Counted from the first letter of the stretch, positions 13,353 through 26,727 are shown. The stretch is 64,000 nt of DNA from Laetmonice hystrix (GCA_965235115.1 OZ249436.1:3846001-3910000); one strand, 5' to 3'. The notes: a model not told the origin generated them from the letters alone. Made by a program: numbers and translations.

Positions 13353-16300
13353 ATGCGTCGTGAGATGTCACTGCAGACGATGCCACCCTCCCGCCATAGT
13401 TACACACTCCGCCACACTCAACCCCCACTGGCTCTGAACACTGCCACAGCCAGTTACCGTGCCGGTACTGTAGCGGGTCAGACAAGGAACAAGTCGGTGA
13501 ATGAGACCACCCTGTCTACCATCAGCACCGCCATGAATGACCACAATCCTCGACCTGACAGCCATAGCAGCACATCCCTTACAGAAGATGGTGCTACCAT
13601 CACGTACCATGACGTTGTCTACTCGGTCCATGTGCGGCACAAATGTTGTGCGTCTTTCCCGAAACATATTATTAAAGGACTTAGGTAAGCACTGAACCCT
13701 CGCAAAGCCTGGAACGTTGTTGGTAAAATATCTAGGCTATATTTAGAGGTCTGGGGGTCATCAACCTGCGGTTGGAGTAGGGCAACCAAGTCGGCGGGAG
13801 ATTCAATGCTCGCTCAGGCCGCGGGGCACTGCAATCGATTGGGCTGCACCAACGAGTTGATTAGGCCTATGCAAAGGTGTCTCTATAGAGCGCTGCCAGA
13901 GACGTATAGGCCCATTAGGCCTATTTGAACGGTGTGTGCAGGTCTGAACTGACAAATAGTTTAAACCATAGAGCAGACTCTATGTAAACCAACAAAGATC
14001 ATGCAGTGGCCAGTATCCAGAATTTTTTTTAAGGGGGGGGGGGGGGGGGTCCGAACTTTCAAGGTACTTCAGAGATGGCCATTAGGCCATGCTCCTCTGG
14101 GAAACTTTAAAAAAGACATCAAATAATGCAATCTCGGGACATATCTTGTGTGGAAATATGAAGATTTCCTTTGGTTAGAACAATGCAATTTACATTCCCT
14201 TTAAAGTTAAATTAAGTTAATAGGCCTATAGTAATTTTTTAAGGGGGGGGGGGGGTCGGGGATACTTAGAAACCCCTCTTGATACGCCACTGGTATTTGT
14301 CAGTTTAGATCCAGGCCTAAACTGACAAACATCAGGGCCGGATCCGGGGGGGGGGGGGGGGGGGGGGGGTTGCACCCCCCCTTAGAAATCCCCCCCCCCC
14401 CAAAAAAAAAGAAAAATAAAGGTGTCAATTGTCCGTCATACAGGAACGACAGTGTGAATCTAAAATCTATAAAGCCATACGTAGCTGATATAGGCCTATA
14501 TATTTCATAAAAATATAATAATTTCGGACTAGACCGCAACCCCCACTTGCCCCCCCCCTTGAAAAATCCTGGGTCCGACCCTGCATAATGATCACTATAA
14601 AAAAATCGCCTAATTTGAACTGATTCTCCATGACAGGAATGTAGCCTGCATTGCTTAGAAAAATATTGAGAGTGCATATATTTACTTCAATTTCAGATCA
14701 TATATATCGAAATTTCTTTTTGAAAAATCAATTAATCTACCTATATTTGAATTGATCAATATAAATTTATTAGTGCTACTTGTTCAGCCTAAACCTTCCA
14801 GGCCCGTAGCTATAGGCCCTTACCCTTGTAGGTATCATTCAATTGCAGTGTGATGCACATGTATCTACATGTGCATCATGATGTATACATTTGCAAACAT
14901 TATGTTTTTATGAATATATAAAGCCATTACTAACTAGGCTTACTATTCCCCACGCAGTGGACACTTCAAACCAGGGATGAATGCCATTATGGGAGCCACT
15001 GGAAGTGGAAAAACATCGTAAGTACATTCTTCATTTCTAAAGCAATCAGCGAGTATCTCTCATTTCAATGACTCCAAAATGTAGACAAAATCGTTGACTT
15101 GGCATTCATTGGTTCATCGTCCGATGATCGAGTTTCATTGGCTCTCCAAGTCAATGCCAGGTCAACAACCATCCATGAAACGTTCGCTTTATGGCGACAA
15201 CAGGAATGTGGAATTTCATTAGATTCCTCCATTTTTGTGGGAAACGTAAATTGACTTATGTAGTCTAAGGCCTTATGTAACCATGTCCATGTCTTCATTT
15301 TTGAGTCATTGAAATAAGAACTACTCGCTGATCGATTGCTTTAAACGTCTTTCCTTCAGGTCAAATTTTACTGATCCAACTGCTAAGATTGGCAGGGGTT
15401 TATATAAATATAATAACCTTAAAAACAAAAATTCCTGGTGTCAGTATTTTCCTAGTGTGGGAGGAAAATATAGCTACAAATAAAAGAATAATCTCATTGA
15501 ACCCATCTAACCCATGCCCCGTAACATGAATTTATTGTGTCGTCTCACCAGTGGTGGTGGTATCAGACACGTGTAAACCTACATGGCCTCCGACACAAAA
15601 CCACCATTACTCACTCACTCACCAACACGGCCACCGACACAAAACCACCATTACTCACTCACTCACCAACACGGCCTCCGACACAAAACCACCATTACTC
15701 ACTCACTCACCTACACGGCCTCCGACACAAAACCACCATTACTCACTCACCAACACGGCCTCCGACACAAAACCACCATTACTCACTCACTCACCTACAC
15801 GGCCTCCGACACAAAACCACCATTACTCACTCACTCACCAACACGGCCACCGACACAAAACCACCATTACTCACTCACTCACCAACACGGCCTCCGACAC
15901 AAAACCACCATTACTCACTCACTCACCTACACGGCCTCCGACACAAAACCACCATTACTCACTCACTCACCAACACGGCCTCCGACACAAAACCACCATT
16001 ACTCACTCACTCACCTACACGGCCTCCGACACAAAACCACCATTACTCACTCACCAACACGGCCACCGACACAAAACCACCATTACTCACTCACTCACCA
16101 ACACGGCCTCCGACACAAAACCACCATTACTCACTCACTCACCAACACGGCCTCCGACACAAAACCACCATTACTCACTCACTCACCTACACGGCCTCCG
16201 ACACAAAACCACCATTACTCACTCACTCACCAACACGGCCTCCGACACAAAACCACCATTACTCACTCACTCACCAACACGGCCTCCGACACAAAACCAC

Positions 16301-19300
16301 CATTACTCACTCACTCACCAACACGGCCTCCGACACAAAACCACCATTACTCACTCACTCACCTACACGGCCTCCGACACAAAACCACCATTACTCACTC
16401 ACCAACACGGCCTCCGACACAAAACCACCATTACTCACTCACTCACCAACACGGCCTCCGACACAAAACCACCATTACTCACTCACCAACACGGCCTCCG
16501 ACACAAAACCACCATTACTCACTCACTCACCTACACGGCCTCCGACACAAAACCACCATTACTCACTCACTCACCAACACGGCGTCCGACATAAAACCAC
16601 CATTACTCACTCACTCACCAACACGGCCTCCGACACAAAACCACCAATACTCACTCACTCACCTACACGGGCTCCGATACAAAACCACCATTACTCACTC
16701 ACTCACCTACACGGCCTCCGACACAAAACCACCATTACTCACTCACTCACCTACACGGCCTACTTGATGTTGGGACGGTCCTGCTAATAGTTCTAATCTA
16801 CCGTTTAATAGGTTGTTGGACATTATGGCCAAAAGAAAGAACCCAAATGGATTGGAGGGAACGATTCTAGTGGATGGGAATGAGCAACCGGAAAATTTTA
16901 AGTGTATGAGTGGCTATGTTGTGCAGGTAAGTCCTCAGAAACTTAGGTAATTGGGCTCATTGTAGGCCATATACTGGCTATAGATTGGTTGTAGGCCATA
17001 TACCTGGCTATAGATTGGTTGTAGGCCCTATACCTGGCTATAGATTGGTTGTAGGCCATATACTGGCTATAGATTGGTTGTAGGCCATATACCTGGCTAT
17101 AGATTGGTTGTAGGCCCTACACCTGGCTATAGATTGGTTGTAGGCCATATACCTGGCTATAGATTGGTTGTAGGCCATATACCTGGCTATAGATTGGTTG
17201 TAGGCCATATACCTGGCTATAGATTGGTTGTAGGCCCTATACCTGGCTATAGATTGGTTGTAGGCCCTATACCTGGCTATAGATTGGTTGTAGGCCATAT
17301 ACCTGGCTATAGATTGGTTGTAGGCCATATACCTGGCTATAGATTGGTTGTAGGCCCTATACCTGGCTATAGATTGGTTGTAGGCCCTATACCTGGCTAT
17401 AGATTGGTTGTAGGCCCTATACCTGGCTATAGATTGGTTGTAGGCCCTATACCTGGCTATAGATTGGTTGTAGGCCCTATACCTGGCTATAGATTGGTTG
17501 TAGGCCATATACCTGGCTATAGATTGGTTGTAGGCCCTATACCTGGCTATAGATTGGTTGTAGGCCCTATACCTGGCTATAGATTGGTTGTAAGCCATAT
17601 ACCTGGCTATAGATTGGTTGTAGGCCCTATACCTGGCTATAGATTGGTTGTAAGCCATATACCTGGCTATAGATTGGTTGTAAGCCATATACCTGGCTAT
17701 AGATTGGTTGTAGGCCCTATACCTGGCTATAGATTGGTTGTAAGCCATATACCTGGCTATAGATTGGTTGTAGGCCATATACCTGGCTATAGATTGGTTG
17801 TAGGCCATATACCTGGCTATAGATTGGTTGTAGGCCATATACCTGGCTATAGATTGGTTGTAGGCCCTATACCTGGCTATAGATTGGTTGTAGGCCATAT
17901 ACCTGGCTATAGATTGGTTGTAGGCCCTATACCTGGCTATAGATTGGTTGTAGGCCCTATACCTGGCTATAGATTGGTTGTAGGCCATATACCTGGCTAT
18001 AGATTGGTTGTAGGCCATATACCTGGCTATAGATTGGTTGTAGGCCATATACCTGGCTATAGATTGGTTGTAGGCCCTATACCTGGCTATAGATTGGTTG
18101 TAAGCCATATACCTGGCTATAGATTGGTTGTAGGCCCTATACCTGGCTATAGATTGGTTGTAGGCCCTATACCTGGCTATAGATTGGTTGTAGGCCATAT
18201 ACCTGGCTATAGATTGGTTGTAGGCCATATACCTGGCTATAGATTGGTTGTAGGCCCTATACCTGGCTATAGATTGGTTGTAGGCCCTATACCTGGCTAT
18301 AGATTGGTTGTAGGCCCTATACCTGGCTATAGATTGGTTGTAGGCCCTATACCTGGCTATAGATTGGTTGTAGGCCCTATACCTGGCATTGTATATTACT
18401 GTTGTTGTGCAATGACAGGAGGGGAGGGGGCAGTTATTGATATAATAAAAACCCCGGTGCGAAAAAAAACCGCCCCGAACTTTAAACTTCAATATTTCAA
18501 AAAGTAATGATTGTAATTCAATGAAAGGTGGTTTTTGAAATATTAAAGTTTAAAGTTCGGGGCGTTTTTTTTATCCACCCGATATATAACTGTTTTTAGA
18601 AAATGAAACATTGAAACAGGTAATTGAGTCGACTATTAATGATTAGAACCAAACACTGACTACTACGGACTACTAATAGACATATACTACTACCGGAAGT
18701 ACAAATATTATTTAACAACCATGACTTTCTTTCAGGACGATGTCGTGATGGGAACACTGACTGTAAAAGAGAACTTTTTGTTTTCCGCCAACCTAAGGTT
18801 GCCATCCTCTGTGGGAAGGCAGGAGAGAGAAAGATGTGTAGACGCAGTCATCAATGAGTTAGGATTGTCAGAGGTTGCTAACTCTAAGGTTTGTAATCAC
18901 GGACCAGATCACGTTTCTGGCGGGAAATATGTTTTTGGCAAAGTGTTGTTTGGAAAAATGTTTTTCCAGCGTCAGTGTTAAACGAGTGCAAGCAGTGAGA
19001 ATTTTAGTGAAACTCCAAAACCACATTGCAAACAAAAGCCGGCGACCGTTTTCGGCATATCGATGAGGTCGGGGCTAGATCATGGTAGGCCGTCTAGGTC
19101 TATCGGCCTATGTTGGGCTATACATGCACTACACTGGACCCGCCATTGATAATAGCCCACTCTTCAGAAAAGGTCTGCAATTTGAGTTAAATTAGGTCTA
19201 AATCTTGAAAGCTTTTAGAGGAGCCAGTATAGGTTTATGTTGCCAAGCTTCCATATTTGGTTAAGTTATGGGATATGCGTTACAAATCGAGAACTTCATT

Positions 19301-22300
19301 GGAGTAGTTGCAGTGGGAGAGTGGGATATGACAGTCCTATCTGAATGTAGACCTTCAAAGTTATCACCGATGAAGATCATATTAGAAATGACACATATCC
19401 TATCGATATAGACCTATAATCAATAAAAACCTGAAGATATTATTGTATAAATGACCAAGCATTCAATATTTAGAACGGTTGACTTTAGGTTGGGAACGAG
19501 TTTATCCGGGGGATATCGGGCGGAGAACGTAAACGGACAAACATTGGTATGGAGTTGATCACGACTCCTAGAGTATTATTCCTGGATGAACCCACGACGG
19601 GTCTGGACGCCAGCACAGCCAACGCCGTCATGCTCATGTTGAAAAGGTGACGCACTCATCGGTTAATCTCCCAGGGTAAATTACCACGCAGTAGGAGGGT
19701 ATAGGTTACTGTGGGGGTGTTTCACTAAGCGCCTCGGACCGTTCGACCGACGACGGACAGTCTGTCGCTTGGTTGCAATTTATTTTCAGGGCCTGCAATT
19801 TTTGGTCGGACGGTCGGACGCGCTTAGTGAAACACCCCCTGGATTATAACCCTTAAATGGTCCTCCCCTTACAGTAAAAGCGAATTAACACACAAAGTGA
19901 GAGTGTTGCATCGTGTGAGAGTTTCCTTGTTTCATGGCAAAGAACTGATCAACTGGCTGTACTATATTTGTACAGGATGGCCCGTAAAGGTCGTACGATC
20001 ATCTTCTCCATCCACCAGCCTCGGTACAGTATCTTCCGACTGTTTGATCACCTAACCCTGCTGTCTCAAGGACTCATGGTCTACCAGGGCCCAGCCCAAC
20101 AGGCACTCGATTACTTCTCTACCATTGGTAATTAACTATACAAATGTACCTTATCTAACCAGGGGTCTGCCTTACTTAGGGCTGGGGTGCGTTTCACAAC
20201 TATCGTTATGTTGAAAATACATTAACGATATGACAAGCTAACGACAGGTTGTGAAACGTACCCCTGAGTATTAACGATAGCCAGTAATAGTTAAATTTAC
20301 CTGGCCGTGAATGAGAGGCCTCTGGATATGGGTTCGTTATTAAACAGAGACTCTTATACAATCCTATTCGCTCCGCCCCAGGATCCGCCATTGCTCTTGA
20401 AAGATAACATTTGTCTAGAATCATCATCAATCTTTTAGTAAGCAAAAGGTAGAATACATACTCGTATATATGTGTGAGTGGATTCTGTTACAGGTTTTGA
20501 ATGTGAACCTCATAATAACCCAGCAGACTTCTTCTTAGATGTTATTAATGGTGACTCTACTGCTGTTAACATGGCAAAAACTGAAGCAAGTAAGTGAGTT
20601 TGTCTGGTGTTCGACTCGCTCTCTCTTGTGTGCCTAAAACACAACAGCTTGTAAAGAGATAATCTGTATGATTCATGGCTACTTTCTCTTTAGATATTTT
20701 TTATTTTCATGACACAATGTCATAAATTGGATTCATAACTAGCTCAGCTCAGCTCAGCTTAGCTCAGCTCAACTCAGCGGAATATGCGATTTTTTTTTCT
20801 TAATATACAAGAGAACCGTGAGAATAAAACACCTTGTGTTGACATCGCAGTGGATGACGATAATACAGAGACTGATATAGAAGTCGGCCGACCCCCCAGT
20901 CCCGAACTCGAGGATGAGCTGGCTGTGGATTTGAGCAACAAGTATAAGGCATCTCAATGGTATCGAGGGTAAGCCTATATAGTTTACATCTCAGTCTCCT
21001 TCAATTTCATTCTTGGATTATAATGTAAAATATGTTTATCTAATAAAGTTTTTAACAGGCCTATCTCTGGTAGGTAAGGTTTGGGTAAGGGTTAGGTTTG
21101 GGACATGGAGCATTGAATTTTAGATATTGTTGTGAATAGTTGTAATATCTTTGAGACTGGTGTTATTGTCAGCTACTAAAAATACTACGGAAGCCCATTA
21201 GAGCATTGAATTTGAGGTATTGTTGTGAGTGGTTGTAATATCTTTGAGAGTGGTGTTTATATTGATTTATCTTGGTGGTCCATGTACAGTGTATATCCAT
21301 CATGTCAGCTACCTCACAAACAATACTACGGAAGCCCATCAGAGCATTGAATTTTAGATATTGTTGTGAGTAGTTGTAATATCTTTGAAATGGTGTTATT
21401 GATGGTCCAGGATGATGGCTGAGGTGGAACCGGTCGTGCAGGTTTATGAACAGGCTGTTCGGGAGGGAAACCTTCAAATAGCCGCCATGGATGGAGGAGA
21501 TTACGCTGTCTCGTTTTTCATACAGGTATGTCCGTCATGTCAGCTACCTCATGGTGCGATACTAATAATATTATTTTACTACGGAAGACCATTAGTAACA
21601 TGCTAAGTAGTCAGTCGTTATTATGAGATCTCCTTATTTTTTTAATCAACGAACGTTATTAAGTCGTAATAACGATTTAATGACGTCACTAAGTCGTTAT
21701 TACGAGATCTTCAGAATATTTTTTTTCACAAGACGAACCTTATTAACTCGTATTAAAGACTTTGTGACGTAACTAATTTGTAATAACGAGTTAATGACGT
21801 CACTAAGTTGTTATTATAGAGATCTCCACATTTTTTTCCTAAATGTCCCCAACCGGCCTCCGTATGCAGTAACTCCAAGACAAACATAAAAATACGACTT
21901 AAGTTTTCGGTTCACCCTCAGACTGTAGCTTTATGAGAGGTCCTGGTATCCTTGGGCCGGATGTAGATAGGTTTATTACCGCACAGTTTCAATATTCAAT
22001 TGTTTGTGGTTGTTTTCAGCTGTTTGTTGTATCAAAACGAGCAGTCCTAAACATAGTACGAAACCCACAAACATCAATTATGCAGGTTGGTAACATAGTA
22101 CGAAACCCACAAACATCAATTATGCAGGTTGGTAACATAGTTCGTAACCCACAAACATCAATTATGCAGGTTGGTAACATAGTTCGTAACCCACAAACAT
22201 CAATTATGCAGGTTGGTAACATAGTTCGTAACCCACAAACATCAATTATGCAGGTTGGTAACATAGTTCGTAACCCACAAACATCAATTATGCAGGTTGG

Positions 22301-25300
22301 TAACATAGTTCGTAACCCACAAACATCAATTATGCAGGTTGGTAACATAGTTCGTAACCCACAAACATCAATTATGCAGGTTGGTAACATAGTTCGTAAC
22401 CCACAAACATCAATTATGCAGGTTGGTAACATAGTTCGTAACCCACAAACATCAATTATGCAGGTTGGTAACATAGTTCGTAACCCACAAACATCAATTA
22501 TGCAGGTTGGTAACATAGTTCGTAACCCACAAACATCAATTATGCAGGTTGGTAACATAGTTCGTAACCCACAAACATCAATTATGCAGGTTGGTATCCT
22601 GTTAAACCTACGTCTTCGAACAAAAAATTCCTGGAGAATTCTGGAGAATGTTGTTGATAAATAATCTTCCGACCTCGGTTGTCGGTGATATAACAAACAT
22701 CAAATTTAAATCTTGATTTGATTCGCTCCAAACACAAAGCCGTTAGTTCTCAGTTTATCCCTGTGACATACAATTAAATAGATCACTTGCCAGTCCCGGC
22801 ACCCGGCAGCTTACATTTAATCACTCGTACTTTCGTATAGCAGTTTTTAAACCTACCTCAGTCCTAGTTCAGATTTATTGACTGTTCATTATATGACATC
22901 TTCAGCTTGTGATTTCAGGTGTTTGTGATGGTAATCTTTGCTTTGTTGGTTGGAATCATTTACTTCCAAATGGAGTTGGACTTTGCGGGGCTACAGAACA
23001 GGTACCGTAATCTGTTAACTTACTCCGCATTTCACGGTCCGTTCAAGGTCATGTATTATAACTGTAGCACCTAAAGGTCATATATTATGAATGGTTTTAT
23101 AACTGTAGCAGGTGGTTTTATAACTGTAGCAGGTGGTTTTATAACTGTAGCAGGTGGTTTTACTAGTTTAGTAAATTTGGATACTGCTCACGGCGCTGAA
23201 GTCAAGAGTATTTTAAGATCTCCTCATAAGGAAGCATTTACCCAGACCTAATTAAAGTCCTTCGTGCAATGATTTCATCGCTTTTAACTTACAGGATCGG
23301 TGCCTTCTTCTTCATCGTCATGAATCAAGTGTTTGGAAATCTCTCAGCAGTTGAACTCTTCATCAAAGAAAGAAAGATTTTCATGTAAGTGATACTGTAA
23401 GGAGACCATTGGATGGGGACCAGCTGAGGCTCGGAGGGGGGGGGGGGGTAAGGAATGTCCCCGGACCGGTCTAGTATGAACATCTCATTGTAATGTCCTA
23501 GATTTACGGTGGGCTGACCGACTTTGACATGATATGTAATCAAGTCCTCTTCATGCAACTTATTTAAAGACAATTACGGTAATGACACAGTTTGGTAGTT
23601 CTACAGGCCTTGCATCTCTTTATACAGCCATGAGAACTCGAACGGATTTTATCGGGTATCAGCATACTTCCTGGCCAAACTCTTCTGTGACGTCATTCCC
23701 ATGAGAATCCTGCCGATCATGGTGTTTTCAGTCATAGTCTACTTCATGATAGGTGAGTCATTTAACCATTGCACTGTGTGTCAAGTCCTCTAGCTGTATA
23801 GCTAAAGCTATAACTGGTCATGGTGTTTTCAGTCATAGTTACTTCATGATAGGTGAGGCATTTAACCATTGCACTGTGTGTCAAGTCCTCTAGCTGTATA
23901 GCTAAAGCTATAACTGGTCATGGTGTTTTCAGTCATAGTTTACTTCATGATAGGTGAGACATTCATACACCAACTTAACCATTGCACTGTGTGTCAAGTA
24001 ATAGCTATAACTGGTCATGGTGTTTTCAGTCATAGTTACTTCTTGATAGGTGAGGCATTCATACACCAACTTAACCATTGCACTGTGTGTCAAGTCCTCT
24101 AGCTGTATAGCTAAAGCTATAACTGGTCATTGTGTTTTCAGTCATAGTTACTTCATGATAGGTGAGTCATTTAACCATTGCACTGTGTGTCAAGTCCTCT
24201 AGCTGTATAGCTATAGCTATAACGCCATGGGGCAATTAAAAATTTCGGCCAAAATCAACCCCTCTGCCCTCCTTAACCATAGAGTCCCCATACGCCCATC
24301 AGTGCCCCCTAGAAGGTTTGCCCATTGAGAACCACTTGAGTAACCCCCCCCCCCCCCTCTTATTTCTGAATCTGGCCTTGATATCAGAGCTGGCTGGTAT
24401 AATACTCTCCTTATTTGTGTGACTGTGTCCATAGGTCTGCAGATAGATGTTGGCAAGTTCTTCACGTTCCTACTCGTCCTCAGTTGTGTATCACTCTCAG
24501 CCTCTGCTCTTGGATTCTTCTTCTCGGCAACAGTTCGGGTGTTTGCCCTGGCCAACTTGTGCATCGCTCTCTGTTACGTCTTCATGATGGTGAGCAAATC
24601 AATCTATACGAGGACTTTTGGCTTAACCCTTAAAGCGTGAAGCGTGATCCATTAATTTGATGTGACTCTAACTACCTTATTTTAAGTGATTCGTGAATTA
24701 AACGTCAAAGATCGTAAATGATTGACAGTCAGGTGTTCGGGTGTTTGCCCTGGTCATTGCTTCCTCTTACGTCGTCATAGTAACGAAGTAAGAACTTGTC
24801 AAACGACATGATGGATTGAATGCTGCAAAGATTGACATTGATGATTGAATTGGCGGCCCCAGAGGATCCCAAGTTTTAAAAAACCTGTTTTGTTTCTCAG
24901 GTGTTTAGTGGACTTCTTGTTAACCTAAACTCGATGCTCAGCTGGCTCTCCTGGATCAAATGGTTCTCGATCTTTAGATATGGCATGAACGTAAGTGTTT
25001 ACCACACTGACATATTTATTGTGCTGTAGGCCTGCGGTTGTGTTTGATCACAGAATAAACGAGGAACTGTTTATCAAGCCCTCCGGCGAGAAAGAACATT
25101 ATAGGAGGTCTGATGTGGTACATTTTGATAATAATAAATTAGTTGTTTATTTGTTACCATTACTATCCTGTCAGAATGTGTTCCATGTACACTTTTCTTT
25201 TTTTCAGGCTCTTTATGTGAATGAATTAACAGAGCTTGTGTTCTGTGGATTTAAACCCAATGCAACAGGCATCCCAGTGTACAAGTGGTAAGTGGTGTGT

Positions 25301-26115
25301 TCAGTTTACAAGCGGTAAATGGTGTGTTCAGTTTACAAGTGGTAAGTGGTGTGTTCAGTTTACAAGCGGTAAATGGTGTGTTCAGTTTACAAGTGGTAAG
25401 TGGTGTGTTCAGTTTACAAGTGGTAAATGGTGTGTTCAATTTACAAGTGGTAAATGGTGTGTTCAGTTTACAAGTGGTAAGTGGTGTGTTCAGTTTACAA
25501 GTGGTAAGTGGTGTGTTCAGTTTACAAGTGGTAAGTGGTGTGTTCAGTTTACAAGTGGTATGGTGTGTTCAGTTGACAAGTGGTATGGTGTGTTCAGTTT
25601 ACAAGTGGTAAATGGTGTATTCAGTTTACAAGTGGTAAGTGGTGTGTTCAGTTTACAAGCGGTAAATGGTGTGTTCAGTTTACAAGCGGTAAGTGGTGTG
25701 TTCAGTTTACAAGTGGTAAGTGGTGTGTTCAGTTTACAAGTGGTATGGTGTGTTCAGTTTACAAGTGGTATGGTGTGTTCAGTTTACAAGTGGTAAATGG
25801 TGTGTTCAGTTTACAAGTGGTAAATGGTGTGTTCAGTTTACAAGTGGTAAGTGTTGTGTTCAGTTTACAAGTGGTATGGTGTGTTCAGTTTACAAGTGGT
25901 ATCCTGTGAACGGTAGCCGACTCCCAGCTGTTGTTTGTAATATTCTGAACCGTTCCTTTGACAGTGAGAAAGGCACAACATACTTGGACGAGCAGAAGAT
26001 ACCATACGGGGAACCGTTTGATCTTTGGTCAAATATTGTTGCTCTTATCTCCATGACGGTAGTCCTCCTCACCCTCACCTACATTCAACTACGGAGGGTT
26101 AACAAGTACTCGTGA
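13353..26115 (+). CDS. ABCG2: ABC transporter subfamily G member 2-like half transporter
   Basis: Exons (start ATG uncertain: 13353/13365/13380)-13684, 14958-15017 (Walker [10 protein letters not shown]), 16812-16926, 18736-18888, 19489-19646 ([19 protein letters not shown]), 19976-20127 (SIHQPR), 20494-20589 (NPADF), 20812-20968, 21411-21525, 22020-22085, 22919-23001, 23295-23384, 23628-23752, 24435-24589, 24901-24990, 25208-25287, 25965-26115. All phases are consistent; NBD precedes TMD. Confidence 0.93.
15577..16762 (+). repeat. 44/40-bp C/A-rich minisatellite, ~27 copies, ABCG2 intron
   Basis: Unit ACACGGCCTCCGACACAAAACCACCATTACTCACTCACTCACCA; ends ~50 nt before the acceptor at 16811. 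Confidence 0.95.
16960..18388 (+). repeat. 30-bp minisatellite, ~47 copies, ABCG2 intron
   Basis: Unit AGATTGGTTGTAGGCC(A/C)TATACCTGGCTAT with three interspersed variants. Confidence 0.97.
18451..18582. mobile_element. Small palindromic MITE-like element
   Basis: AAAAAAACCGCCCCGAACTTTAAACTTCAATATTTCAAAAA ... TTTTTGAAATATTAAAGTTTAAAGTTCGGGGCGTTTTTTT inverted arms. Confidence 0.65.
19713..19841. mobile_element. Palindromic MITE-like element
   Basis: GGGGGTGTTTCACTAAGCGC ... GCGCTTAGTGAAACACCCCC termini; a similar smaller element lies at ~20182-20266 (GGGGTGCGTTTCACAAC ... GTTGTGAAACGTACCCC). Confidence 0.7.
22049..22596 (+). repeat. 42-bp array, 13 copies of ABCG2 exon end plus donor, in-frame ([14 protein letters not shown])n
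   Basis: Unit AACATAGTTCGTAACCCACAAACATCAATTATGCAG|GTTGGT; donors every 42 nt from 22085 to 22589. Confidence 0.97.
23717..24220 (+). repeat. ~100-bp array, 5 copies of ABCG2 exon end plus GTGAG donor
   Basis: TCATGGTGTTTTCAGTCATAGT(C)TACTTCATGATAG|GTGAG at 23752 (real), 23852, 23953, 24049, 24161. Confidence 0.92.
25275..25901 (+). repeat. 27/25-bp array, ~23 copies, seeded on ABCG2 donor
   Basis: Unit TACAAGTG|GTAAGTGGTGTGTTCAGTT beginning at the real donor 25287/25288. Confidence 0.95.
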
Positions 26116-26727
26116 GGAGTTCATCCTCCTCACCCTCACCTACATTCAACTACGGAGGGTTAACAAGTACCCGTGAGGAGTTTATCCTCCTCACCCTCAC
26201 CTACATTCAACTACGGAGGGTTAACAAGTACTCGTGAGGAGTTCATCCTCCTCACCCTCACCTACATTCAACTACGGAGGGTTAACAAGTACTCGTGAGG
26301 AGTTCATCCTCCTCACCCTCACCTACATTCAACTACGGAGGGTTAACAAGTACCCGTGAGGAGTTTATCCTCCTCACCCTCACCTACATTCAACTACGGA
26401 GGGTTAACAAGTACTCGTGAGGAGTTCATCCTCCTCACCCTCACCTACATTCAACTACGGAGGGTTAACAAGTACTCGTGAGGAGTTCATCCTCCTCACC
26501 CTCACCTACATTCAACTACGGAGGGTTAACAAGTACCCGTGAGGAGTTCATCCTCCTCACCCTCACCTACATTCAACTACGGAGGGTTAACAAGTACTCG
26601 TGAGGAGTTCATCCTCCTCACCCTCACCTACATTCAACTACGGAGGGTTAACAAGTACCCGTGAGGAGTTAACCCTCCTCACCCTCACCTACATTCAACT
26701 ACAGAGGGTTAACTCGTGAGGAGTTCA
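26063..26727 (+). repeat. 61-bp array, ~11 copies of the ABCG2 C-terminal codons plus stop
   Basis: Unit TCCTCCTCACCCTCACCTACATTCAACTACGGAGGGTTAACAAGTACTCGTGAGGAGTTCA; the first copy is the real CDS end. Confidence 0.95.
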
